NCBI RefSeq assembly: GCF_006345805.1
Contig: NC_043000.1
Location: 88,474,001 to 88,538,000 of the forward strand
Origin: Octopus sinensis
Taxonomy: Eukaryota
Length of the DNA stretch: 64,000 nt
Reading direction: 5' to 3'
Both the position numbers and the translations under genes were made by a program. Positions 1 through 11,958 of this stretch are shown here, piece by piece. The first letter of the stretch is position 1. Every line of letters begins with the position of its first letter. Under the pieces are notes generated by a model that worked only from the letters and a program-made list of their open reading frames with translations, searched no databases and had not been told where the DNA came from.

Positions 1-1899
1 GTAATGCTGGTCATCTCAAATTTGTTTGGAAGGCATTACAGAAGATGTAGTCTGGTCCGTCATTGAATTCGAAAACACTAGTACAGACAAGGAATCTCAT
101 AACTGCACTTAAATTATAAATGCGTTACTGCAAGTATCATGTTAAATTCTAATCCAGTTACGTCTGATCCTTTACGCTGACATTTATGATGCAGTGATAC
201 CATATTGCATCAGCTCATTTCTGAGGTCTGCCAGAAGCGCTAAGGGTAACATAGATCCTAGTACGATTTGTTGCATAACTGGCTCGTCGGCGAATTAACC
301 GGCACCACCACTAAGGTTTCCTGTTGAGGAGGATTGCTAGAAACACAACAGGGCTAAAAGCAAAAAGCACTAACTAACAATAGCACTGGCCCTCAGAAAT
401 TCTGGGTTGACGTCTGGTTTGCAGGATGACTACTGAGAGTTAGGCACCCATTACCTTTTGTTAAAATATGTCTCTAGAATCTGCTTCAAATGCTGTCAGG
501 CTGCGTCTGCTCCAATAATCGGCGGTGACTTTGTCAGCGAATCCTCTGCGATGGTCAACAATCGATGACAAGATGAGCTGCTACTGATCATTCTATCCAA
601 AAGTGTGTATGCATATGCCTGCGGACCACATGTGACCTTGTCTTTACGGTGAAACTCCGAACATATGCTCTACACTTCAACGGTGAATGACGGCTGCGGA
701 TACGGTGTCCACTCTGTCCGATGCCCTCGCTCTCCCAGTGGGGCACTTGTCAAATATGTGGAAGCTAAAGTTTTGGACCGTAGGCAAAAACATTACTTTG
801 ACTGCGACTGATCGTCAGATATGGTAAGCATTCGTGGAGAACTTCGTGAACTCGTTGGTCGGAACCGGTTCAACACATCCCGGGTGAATGCCGCCGGAAG
901 TAAAGGTTCAAATAAGTAAGTGATGATACCATAATTAAGGCTGCGTTTAGCAAGAATTACTTAGGGATCTTTAAAGTCCTAGAAGGATTCTACATTCCAC
1001 AGTGGTTTCCAAAACTTAGCTGCTACACATCTTCAGCTTCTGGATTGTAAAAAAAGACTTCATTATTAACCTATATTCAGAATAGTTTGTTAGCCACATT
1101 TGCATGAAAAAAAAAGTTCAAAGTCGTAGGAAACATCAAAGTAGTTTCATAGATGAAAAATAAAAATGTAGTTTTTATGAGTGTATTGTGATAAACGTTA
1201 TTTTATATCATCTTCTTGCTATATATTAAAATAAATGGAAAGTTAACTGAAAATTTCGGCACCGATTGTAGTATGTTTATTTAGAATGTATGATTTTATA
1301 ATTATGATCTCAACAACAAATTTTGTGAGTAAATGTATTTATTCATAATATATGTCAGATTTACTTAGAAGTTTTTTTAAAGCCGGAACAATGTATATTA
1401 ATAAAAAAAAAGAGCACTTTGCTATGGCTTTCTAAATAACTTTCGTATTTATTATTATTATAGTTTTTTCTTGAAACTATAACCCATATGAGTATATCGT
1501 GATAATAACATTTATGACAATGCAGGTACCCATAAGAAGAACTTCAGTGCGAGTATGCTGTTAAAAATCCAATTCCCAGGTACAGAGTATAAATAGGTAA
1601 AGAGTATAAAATGCAACGTAGCCATACACCTCATTACTTTTGAGCATCATAACCAGCTACGTGGTATTGTTACTTAAGTTAATGAAATAAAATACTGCTG
1701 AAACTGCCAACAAATGAATAAGAGATTTAAGAGATAGTACGCGGTTTTCATAGCATATATTCTTAGGCTTTTCAACCAAGTTGGAATACGTGTCACACAG
1801 CAGGAGGAAGCAGGAGCTATTTCTATAATTCAATAATTTATCTATCGGAAACTTCAAGAAAATACCAATAGATTAATTTATAAACAATAATAATTAATG

Positions 1900-2420
1900 T
1901 GTCCGCTAATTTATCTAAAAACACTGCTTACAGAAGCAGTTTTCCTACATACATCTGTATTAGCTTTGGGCAAAATAAAATACAGGAGAATCAGTTAATC
2001 ATGATATTATTCAGCATATGCCTCTCTCAGATTCTCACACTTATTGCAGCTGTCCTTCAGTTTTTCTAAGCTTTGTAAAAGAACTCGGAAGTTTGGGCCT
2101 CAAACCAGATCTTTTACAATACACTTAAAGCCAGGAACTTTTCAGCATGCCCTCGATCCGGGCAAAATATTTTATAAGCTCTCTATGAGGACGCCAGGCA
2201 AACATTATATATATGTGGCTGCATGTGTACCGTTGGCGATTTTTTTCCTCCGTCTTCCCTTCCTTGGATCTTTCCTTTTCCTATGTTTCTAACGAAGAGC
2301 TCCGCTCGAGACGTTAAATCCTTCTTCTTTCTTTCGTTTCCTGAGCGTCCAATAACACTATACTTGTTCCACGTCCTCGCGTCGTTGTGCTTTCTCTTTG
2401 TGTTTTCATGTTTGGATTAA
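1900..2420 (+). mobile_element. Probable Penelope-like pseudo-LTR relic containing a degenerate type I hammerhead (2285-2319)
   Basis: GTTT-CTAACGA-A-GAGC(TCC)GCTC-GAGAC-GTT-AAAT has hammerhead topology with two core substitutions, inside a CT-rich segment. The Penelope link is inferred from the known association of minimal hammerheads with these elements. Confidence 0.5.
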
Positions 2421-3228
2421 CTATATATATATATATATATAGACATTAATATACATATGTATGAATAAGTATATGCATATATATATATATATATATAATC
2501 ATTATTAGAATTTATCAAACTAAGTTCAATAAATCTCTTCCAATAAATAAAATGAAGCAGATTAGATGTTAAAATGGATTATCCTTTTATTTCATAATCT
2601 CATGCAATTGTTTCTGACAAAAGGACCAAGATTTCCATAAAGAGAACATCAAAAAGGTCGAATTTGTATTCTTGACTAGGTGAGATTTAAAAGAAAATAA
2701 TCAAAAAGACGTTTAAAATATACATTGATTCTTTTTCTTACTTATCATTATTATTTAGGTATTTGTATATACATTCTTTCACTCACGATTATTTGAATCG
2801 AGACTAAGACATTAAAAGACTTGCCGGTTTAAATATCAAATAATTAATTCTTGACTTCTTCATACCTTTGTGATGTTTTCTGTATGGAAATCTAGGTCCT
2901 ATTGTCAGAATGAATTGTCTGGTATTATGAAATAAAAAGATAATCAATCTTAACATCTAATGCGCTTCATTTTATATATTTGATGAAATTTATTGAACTT
3001 TGTTTAATAAATGAAGTCTTAAATTGATTATTCGTTTACATACTTTCATACCTATACGATAATATTTCGTAAATAATACATGATAAAAAGGCATTAGAAA
3101 TCTATGGCAAAATTCCTATTAAAGGAAGAAGATATATTCGTCCAGATGCTCCAGCAAGGCCGCCGTCAAATGACTGAAAAAAGTAAAAAAGTAAAAGAGT
3201 ATTCATATATATATATATATATATATAT

Positions 3229-3300
3229 GCTAAGTTACGGGACGTAAACAGACCAACATGGGTTGTCAAACGATGGTGGCGGACAAACACAGACACACAA
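3229..3300 (-). mobile_element. SINE fragment (octopus-type tRNA-derived SINE body)
   Basis: GCTAAGTTACGGGACGTAAACAGACCAAC...GGTTGTCAA...ACAGACAC resembles the copy at ~9118-9200. Confidence 0.65.
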
Positions 3301-3529
3301 ATATATGCATATATATATATATATATATGCATCTTATGTATTGCTTCGTGTTCATTTTTGTGTGAGTAGTAAATTAGCAAATTCTAAAAAGTATGTGACC
3401 ACCTCTCCCCCTTACACAGCCCTTCCCCACTAATTCCACGTTTCCAATACTGAACATTTCAGGAACTGTAAATTTGTTTTAGTGCTATTAACTTTGTATT
3501 GGTTAAATATTATCTATGTATCTTTTGAT

Positions 3530-4250
3530 AAATTACATGGAATCCCTTAACCCCTGAAAGAAACTGTTGTTGGAATCCCTGCAACTTACCCGATATCTAT
3601 TTGCTGTGATGGCTAGATTTTCATAAGTAAGTCTGTGTTCATTGTGAAGAACAAAGTCGATGACATCGTCATCCTTGTCACATGAGTCACAACTATCTTC
3701 ATTAATATCACAGGGCACTGATAACTAATTGAAGCAACGTCTATGTCTAATCTCATATTTGTCTTCCTGTTTTCAAATGTTTGCGCTCTTTCTGCTGTTC
3801 TGAAGTTATTACTCTATCTAGAGGTCTTAACTGAGGAAGTGTTTTTTTTCTGTGCAAGAAATTATTTCCATTCCATTATTGGTACTCTTGTGTCACACCT
3901 ACACTCAAATCTTTTTATTTGTTTGCAGGTGTATATATATCAAACATTTCATTGAACTTCTCTGATTTCTTATCAAACTTATCTCCTCTTTGCTTGATAG
4001 GTATCATGTTCAATTTATAAGTAAATTCAATCAATTCCTCAATTTTTAGAGCTATTCCCTCAAACCCAATATAAGGGAAAGAAAATGTGTACCACATTGT
4101 TTGCACATCTGCAGCAAAAATGCAGTTGCCTGGTTTCGCTGTGAGTGAAATTTTTGAAATCTGTTCTTCACCATTTCATGTGTCTAGATAATATCGGAAT
4201 ACATCAGCCTTTGATGTGGTCATTACTGTAAGAAATTCTGCAGGAAATAC
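3530..4250 (-). mobile_element. Decayed DNA transposase fragment, hAT (hATm-like) N-terminal region
   Basis: Frameshifted minus-strand peptides ...FNEMFDIY..., CKQIKRFECRCDTRVPIMEW.FL and YENLAITANRYRVSCR recall the LFDI-CxC-KVP-E-FL-DQ and DRYxVSDR motifs of hATm-type transposases. Multiple stops; no TIR found. Confidence 0.45.
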
Positions 4251-4724
4251 AAATGCTGAATTACGGCTTTTATTTCTAGTTGCCATTATATAGATTTATA
4301 TACTTAAATTATTACAGTTTAAATTTATGTAGCTATTTTTGTAAAATTATAATACAGTTTAGCTCTGAAATAATCTGAAAAACAAAAGAAAATCATCTAA
4401 CAAAATGTATACATTTTCTAAAAACGAAAATCATTTAACACATTGAAAAGTTGTAATTTTACCGTGTTGGATGGTTACCTAGCTACCATTTATCTTATAT
4501 CTCGGTGTTTTAAACAAGGTTTCTACAGTGAAATATGATCAATTGATTCATATCTGTAAGCAATTTAGTGTATATGTGCTATAGATTACTTTACAAAATT
4601 AGGTTATTTAATTGTGGAGGGTGTGTATGCAAGGGGTACGGGGGAGGAGGTCACATAACCATAAATTTCATATATTTTAATTTTTGCAACTGTGCATACC
4701 ATGGTATATATATATATATATACG

Positions 4725-4870
4725 ACGTACCTCTTTCAGTTTCTGTCTACCAAATCCACTTACACGGCTTTAGTAGAAGACACTTGCCGAAAGTGCCACG
4801 CAGTGGAAATGAACTCGGAGACATGTGGTTGGGAAGCAAGCTTTCCTATCACACAGACACTCCTGCGCCT
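4725..4870 (-). mobile_element. tRNA-derived SINE, 5' head
   Basis: Reverse complement starts AGGCGCAGGAGTGTCTGTGTGATAGGAAAGCTTGCTTCCCAACCACATG...GAGTTCATTTCCACTGCGTGGCAC, with degenerate A- and B-box-like motifs. Confidence 0.7.
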
Positions 4871-4896
4871 ATATATATATATATATATATATATAT

Positions 4897-5111
4897 AACG
4901 TAAGGGGGATCAGCTATCTGAATGTGGCTAGGGACAGGGCGGGGTGGTATGGGTGTTACTGATGCTTTTAGCCCCAGGCGATCATCAACGTCACCAGAAG
5001 GACTGTCACCATATCGGTGTCCTCGTTTGCCTGTAAAGGGAGGTTATCCTCCCCGAAGATACAGATGCTACATGTCCCTAGCCACATTCAGATGACTGAT
5101 CCCCTTACGTT
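4897..5111. mobile_element. MITE-like element with ~38-bp terminal inverted repeats
   Basis: Left AACGTAAGGGGGATCAGCTATCTGAATGTGGCTAGGGACA (4897-4936) vs reverse complement of 5073-5111, AACGTAAGGGGATCAGTCATCTGAATGTGGCTAGGGACA. Non-coding interior. Confidence 0.75.
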
Positions 5112-5238
5112 GTCGAGCAGTTACTGTTTATATCTCGTTAAGAGATTTATTATTATATATATATATATATATATCTAAAATAATACATACCTAATACATA
5201 CATGCATACATACATACATACATACATGCATATATACA

Positions 5239-5307
<69 letters not shown>

Positions 5308-5399
5308 CTTCGGAAACTGGAATTATCGGAGAGTTCAGAGGTAAAGGAAGAAGGAAGAAAAAAAAATCGTCAACAGTCCATGTATAGTTACATTTTTGA

Positions 5400-5417
5400 A
5401 ATGACCGGATATCTATA

Positions 5418-5472
<55 letters not shown>

Positions 5473-5680
5473 ATCTATCTATCTATCTATCTCTCTCTCT
5501 CTATATATATATGTATACTCATATATAGGTATGTATATATATTTGTCTGCGTGTATATAGGTATATATATGTATGTATGTGTATCTCTATACATGTATGT
5601 ATGTATTTATGCATATATATGTATGTATATGCACATACATACATGCATACATACATATATATATATATATACATACACAT
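5400..5680. repeat. Compound microsatellite (TATC)n/(TA)n/(TACA)n
   Basis: Directly visible. Similar tracts at 5200-5300, 8460-8730, 10900-11120, 17600-17930, 22000-22260, 23100-23370, 31380-31620, 32760-33230, 56010-56270 and 62770-63050. Confidence 0.95.
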
Positions 5681-5697
5681 ACATTTTCGTGCATATT

Positions 5698-6198
5698 TGA
5701 GGTGCGATCAAAGAGTGTCCAACTTTATTTTTTCCCGCTGAAACTAATGCTGCTTGAGTGCCCCGTTAACGTAGAATGTAGTTATTGTGTGCCTATTCCC
5801 AGTTCGTGAGCAATTTGCTCTCAATCAGCTCTCGTTTCGGTTTGTAGATGTCTGGCGTTCCTCACCCTGCACAAAAATGTGGCCATGTTCGAAGCCGTTA
5901 TACAACTCCTTGATCTGAGTGCTGCCTATGATATCATCCCTGAGATCTGCCTGATCCTTTAAATGGTATGAGCTTGAGTATCACTAAGATATTGGTAAAA
6001 CATGATGCAATAATTATACTCGGTGAGTACGGTGAAAGCGAAAATCCGACGGGCACGAATTGCATGTCTGACTCTGGGTGTGAACATTTTCTTGCATGCG
6101 CCAGAAGATTGGTGTCACCTCCTACTCAAAGAATTTTGCTCAGACACTATTAGTTTTGGCAGGGAAAAAATAAAGTTGATACTTTTCAGCCCTCCTCG
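5698..6198 (-). mobile_element. Internally deleted (non-autonomous) mariner element
   Basis: Imperfect TIRs share the core CAACTTTATTTTTTCCC (5720-5736, inverted at 6162-6178). Minus strand encodes a decayed mariner N-terminal HTH: YCIMFYQYLSDTQAHTI / DDIIGSTQIKELYNGFEHGH...ERQTSTNRNE. Catalytic region absent. Confidence 0.75.
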
Positions 6199-6204
6199 AA
6201 ACAA

Positions 6205-6394
6205 TGCAGCAATTTTGGGGACAGGAGCCAGTCGATTACATCAACCCCAATGCTTAATTGTTGCATATCTTACCGATCCCAAAAAGATGAAAGATAAAGT
6301 CGGCCATGGTGAAATTTGAACTCAGAGAGTAAAGACGGACGAAATGCCACTAAGCCTTTTGCTCGGGGCGGTAATGAGCCTGCTTACTCACCAC

Positions 6395-6396
<2 letters not shown>
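6205..6396 (-). mobile_element. tRNA-derived SINE (GTCGATTACATCGACCCC family), diverged
   Basis: GTCGATTACATCAACCCC...GAAATTTGAACTCAGA...GACGAAATGCCACTAAG is colinear with the copies at 51487-51700 and 61392-61595. Confidence 0.8.
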
Positions 6397-6440
<44 letters not shown>

Positions 6441-7699
6441 TATATGTATGCAAGTATATATATATATGTATATGTGTTTGTGTGTGTGTGTACTATATTA
6501 TATTTTATATATTCATATGTATGTTCTGTGCGTAAAGAGCCTATGTCTCTCACTAACCTTTCTTAATTGCTCAAAATGTTCTTTCCTGTTCTCTTATATT
6601 TTCCAGACTTAAAATAACGCTTGTTGCTCCCGACAGATATTTCTTTCCTAAAGCTTGTCTTACATCTGTGGCAAAGTTCGAAACGAAAGCGCTTGAGGAT
6701 ATTTGCAACGAATGAATTTAGAAAGATTTACTACTGCTAGTGTCACTCGGTTATGTATGATGGGAATCTGAAACGTACAAATTTAATGCGTATTAATTCT
6801 AATCCTAAATCAAGTTATATTTATATTTTTATACAATTTCAAGTAACCTCTCTGACTCTTGTGTTAAATATGTAAACAAAACTTACAATGAAATCGAAAT
6901 ATATTCTTCAAAAAAGATCTGTATAGAATTCGAAAATTGTAAATTATATGACTTAATCTTGACTTTTTAAACGATGTTAACACTTCAACATTTACACGTA
7001 TTTCGCATAAAAGTTGGACATTACCCTAATAAGATTCTGATTAGCACTGAAACTAAGTGAATGAACATATTTATCACAAAAACTAAAGTTTATCATGAAG
7101 AATTCATGTGTGTCTAGATACTAAATAGCGTGCACCCTTAGTCTATTCTGTTGGCGGAACAAACTGGATTTAGTTATAATAGTTTGGAAAGCTGGATATA
7201 TTTCGCTGTTTATAAAAAGCGCCCGTTTGATTTTATATCAAACATGTTAACTTCAAACACATTATATGAAATCCTAGTGCATTACTATTATGCATAGCAA
7301 AGTTTGACAGCAACCTGACTTTTCTGAACCGGTTGAAGAATCGAGTAATCACAAAAAAACACATAATTTCGATATAAGATGCATTCGAGATTTTTTTTAT
7401 ACATTTATTAGATTCATAGACATATTTGGTGATAACTCCAACTGAATTCTGATACGTTGTTGCTCAATATTAGAGCATACGATCCTCAACAATGCCACTA
7501 GATGTACCATATCAGCTTTGAAGTTTTGTCTTTTTCTATCGATACTCCAACTATATTCATCTGAAATAATCCGTACTAATTTTTCTTACTCGCCAACAAC
7601 AGGAATACTAAAGGCATAGAATATTAATAAAAATCTGGAGCTAAAATTTTTTTTGAACTTTAGTATTATGATACTGAAGGTAAGAGAATCTAATGATGA

Positions 7700-7890
7700 A
7701 AGTGTATATCTCTATTCTAGTTATAAGGTCTGCAAATCTAACGGAGGCCTGAAAAGACATATTAAGATCCACAAAGATCAGAACTTAACTGCAGCTCTTG
7801 GTCTAGATAAAATATGCAATCTATGTGGGAGTCTTTTCAAAACATTGACTGGTTTAAAAATCCACAGCAGGCGTTATAATGGATCTAAGG
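7700..7890 (+). mobile_element. Two C2H2-like fingers, probably the C-terminal end of a non-LTR retrotransposon (RTE-like)
   Basis: YKVCKSNGGLKRHIKIH and CNLCGSLFKTLTGLKIHSR; no TGEKP linker. Resembles the CxxC...GLxxHxRxH tail of RTE ORFs. Confidence 0.45.
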
Positions 7891-8084
7891 TGTAGGCGCA
7901 ATATTAAAGGACACAAAACTGTAAGCCGAAAGACTTAATGAACCTTTTTCCTTTTTCTTTTCCTTTTTTCTTTTTCTCCTGTCTTATAAACTCTAAATCA
8001 TTCTGACGATGCTTGTTACATAGAACGAGATAAATGCAAATTTACTTCAAAAATAACAAACTGAAACAGCTGTGACCTTTTAAT

Positions 8085-8215
8085 ACCAATATTGACTTTC
8101 TTATCATTTGGGACAGTAAAGCAAATTATATGGCACTTTCTATTCTCTTTGTCGACTACTACTAAATTAGGCCGTCTAAATTCTATTACTTTCTCCGTCG
8201 AGTTCAAAACTTTGA
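8085..8215 (-). mobile_element. R4/Dong-like LINE fragment (restriction-like endonuclease)
   Basis: EKVIEFRRPNLVVVDKENRKCHIICFTVPNDKKV corresponds to the RRPD-VVVDK...IIDFAVP motif also seen at 51075-51150. Confidence 0.75.
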
Positions 8216-8492
8216 TATTTTTTTCTTTTCAGGGTAAACATGTTATTCAAAATACTCTCCAAATTTACATAATTATTCTAGATAAATTAGTTTTCCAATC
8301 AGTAAATGATATCCTTTATTATTAATGAATTTAAGTATTTTTTTTAATCAAAAATATAAATTTTCTTATTTAAAGTATTTTAGAAAAAAGTCAAATCAAT
8401 ATGAATGTGTTTGTGTGGGTGTCTAATTGCTTGTTTGTGTGTGTGTGCATGCGTGTTCGAGCGCGTTGGCTTATATATATATAACATATATT

Positions 8493-8548
<56 letters not shown>

Positions 8549-8632
8549 ATATCAATTGCTCTGTGGTGTATTTTCAGGAGCATTATGGTCATGTGTATAC
8601 TATCTGTCTATCTATCTATCTATCTATCTATA

Positions 8633-8708
<76 letters not shown>

Positions 8709-8989
8709 AATCTATCTATCTATATATGTATAGGGTGCCTCGATTACCATATTCAGAATTTCACATGAGTTTCCGTTCGTCTGTGCCACAGAGGATAATT
8801 ATAAAAGAAAACAAAGCATGACTGTTTTTTAAATAAGAATTCCAATCACACCATCTAATTAAATATCGTATAAACAGTCTGTCGTTTTTCTTTTCTTTTA
8901 TTTCTTTCTCTCCCCCGCTCTCTCTAAATATATGTATGGGTGTATATGTATGTATGCACATATATATATACATACATGCACACAATTTT

Positions 8990-9240
8990 CTTTTACTTGT
9001 CTCAGTCATTAGCCAGCGGCCATGTCAGGGCAACGCTTTGAAATTTTAACCGAATGAATCGAACCCAGTACTTATTTTTTAAGCCCGGTACTCATTCTAT
9101 CTTTTTATTTTGCCGAACCGCTAAGTTTCCTGAGCGCAAATACACCAATACCGGTTGTCAATTGGTTGTAGTAGTGGGAACACACACAGCCACAAGGACA
9201 GAGACAAATAGATATATGTATACACACACACACACACACA
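8990..9240 (-). mobile_element. tRNA-derived SINE, 3' half
   Basis: TTTTACTTGTCTCAGTCATT...GCGGCCATG...CCAGTACTTATTTTTTAAGCCCGGTACTCATTCTATC...GCCGAACCGCTAAG ending in (CA)n. Overlaps in sequence with 3229-3300. Strand inferred from recalled family structure. Confidence 0.65.
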
Positions 9241-9729
9241 CTAAATATTAAGCTGGATGAAACTGATACATAAAAGAGCTTGAAGTAGCAAAGTGACGTG
9301 GAGGTACAATTTTGTTAGTTATGACTAGTTGATGTACCCACCCTGTTGTCATTATGTTGTCTGTCTGAAGTGCTCATATGATCAAAGAGAATTGGTACGG
9401 CTGGTAAGTCAATGTGGTCTCGTAGTAAGTGAGGAAGTAAACGTCTAGAGCCCAAATTAGTCAAGAGAACCTGACAGCATTTCGAGTCTATGTATAATCA
9501 CTTACATCATATCACTGTGTGTGAGCATGTGTGGATACCAGAATCTCCATCTTGTCAAATATTTTCGAAAATAAATATTATAGCTTCAAATTTTAATAAT
9601 ATCGACTTCAGAAATGGAACTGGTTAAGACATGGCCCCAGCATGACAGCAGTGCAATGGCTAAAACAACTAAAAGGTAAAGATAAAAGATATATATACAT
9701 ACATACTTATTTACATTATTTACATTTGA

Positions 9730-10175
9730 CACAGCTGTCGGATGAAGTTAAAATAATAGACAGAAAACACCACCGGAAAATACGAAAACTGAAAGAAGCA
9801 GCACATACGCTAGGACAGAGCAACCTCCTAATCAGACCGAGTGCAGATATGAATAGCATATGGGAACTGGTATTAAGGAAGGATAGGAAAATGTTAGATT
9901 TATAAGCCCTAAAATTCACTCCAAAATTGCTCATGAGCATTTGGCGCAGTAGTTAAGAGCGCGGGCTATTAACCCCAAGATTCATAGTTCTATTCCAGGC
10001 TGTGACCTGAATAATAATAATAATAATAATAACAACCCAGGTTCGAAATTTCCCCAAGATGAAGGCTGGAGGGTATATCAGCCGAAAGATTGTGTTAACA
10101 CTAAACAAGATGAGGACAAATATCCGTCAAATGTAGATAATGAACATAATTCCTCATCTCTTAGATATAGAACTG
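9730..10175 (+). mobile_element. Penelope-like element 3' end: GIY-YIG C-terminus, then tRNA-like segment, (TAA)n and hammerhead relic
   Basis: DEVKIIDRKHHRKIRKLKEAAHTLGQSNLLIRPSADMNSIWE matches the Penelope endonuclease tail pattern (VKIID...RKxKEA...W). GATGA-A-GGCTG...CAGCC-GAAA at 10058-10087. Confidence 0.6.
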
Positions 10176-10929
10176 AACATATAAATATATATATATATAC
10201 ATGCATCCATTTCCAAGTAAGTTTATCTTCACCTTTTTGATGCGACTCTCTACTATATACTGTTTTCTTCCTCTAACCGTTCTCTAATTACCTTTTTTCC
10301 TACTCCCTCCTGCACCGTTTCCTCTCTGCTTCTCTCTCTTTCTCCCCTCTTTCACTTTCTCTCTCTCTCTCTCTCTCTCTCGTTCCTCACACGTGACCAT
10401 CGTCCACCTTTCTTTTACTTACGCGTCTAGCTTTCTTTTCCTGCACGGCCCTCCATGTTTGTTTTCGTTCGGTTTTCTTGTATGTCTCCACTGTCATTTT
10501 TTGTTCCCAACTTTGTAATACGTGTCTAAGAGATGATAGCATCCGTTCTTACTATCGGTATCAATTACCAATACTATCCCTGGGCATGGTTATGCAGGCA
10601 CACTATGCTCATAGGGTGCAGGCAACAATAGAATAAATAAAACTTTATCAGGAATCGAATTTAAATAATCAGAAAATAGCGAAAACTTTGTTTTAACAAA
10701 CAAACGAATTGACCAACATCGGTTGATTATTTTTTAATACAAAAGATGATATAACATTTTTTACGACCGTTTCCGTTTCCAATGTTAGTCGGTGCTTACA
10801 AATGAAATTCTGAAAATGATTGTCATCTTCATAGCACATTCGATCTAGTACATGCAGCTTCATCAGAGTGAATGCGGATACATAAAATAAAATAAACTGC
10901 ATATATATATGCAGTATATATATATGTAC

Positions 10930-10962
<33 letters not shown>

Positions 10963-11088
10963 CTGTATATATATATATATATATATACTGTATATATATA
11001 TATATATCATATACATATATAAATATACACACACATATATTCATACATACACGTATCTATCTATCTATCTATATATATATATATATAT

Positions 11089-11119
<31 letters not shown>

Positions 11120-11896
11120 TACATATTTGTATACTAATGGAATAAACGAATATGCACGTAAATCTTAAGCTTAATGAATGTGTATCATAAGCACAAGAAT
11201 AAAAAAAAACTTTGGTTAACAATGATGTACTATTTCAGTATGTGCTACACGCTCAAAATGATTGAAAACATATTATTTATAGCCGATTGTAACCAAATCA
11301 GAATATTTTCTACCTGAACACTAAGAGCGATGTCAAGTTATTGGACATAAAACTATTAATAAATTAAATTTAATAAAAATGTCACAAACAAAATCAAACA
11401 ATGATTTGTCAGTCACGAGTGGAGTTGTTATCACATTCTACATCAATTTTCTTTTATTTTATGAGAACTTGAGAAAAGTAGTTAGTAAAATGCAAGTAAA
11501 TATATTACGCTGTGCTGCATTGAATCGCAGATATTTGTTTGAGCTGAACAATGCATTCATAGCTTTAAGCGATGAAAAAAATCGCGATTAAATGGTAAAT
11601 CGATGCAAACACATGCATACAAACGTGCCTGCACAATCGCATGCACAAGGGTGCAAACTTGTCGGATTGTCACGTTAAACACAGTCTCTCTCTTTCAGTC
11701 GTTCTTTAATCTCTTTATCCCGCTCTCTAACTATGTCCTCCTCTCTCTCGCTCACTCACTCTCACATTTACACTTTTTCTTAATGCCGCCAGTTTTCTAT
11801 GTGTATTTGTGCATGTGTACAAATGTATGCATATATAAACTGGTAAACATAAGCATACAAAAATACGCACAATCATACAGAATATGTATATGCTTG

Positions 11897-11958
<62 letters not shown>

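Noticed and set aside
7653-7895. Host C2H2 zinc-finger gene
   Set aside because: Only two atypical fingers, the first lacking a Cys, with no TGEKP linkers. It fits a retrotransposon tail better.
9935-10000. tRNA gene call for the A/B-box segments here and in the other SINE heads
   Set aside because: The boxes are degenerate, I cannot form a full cloverleaf, and each continues into repeat bodies, so they are SINE-type heads.
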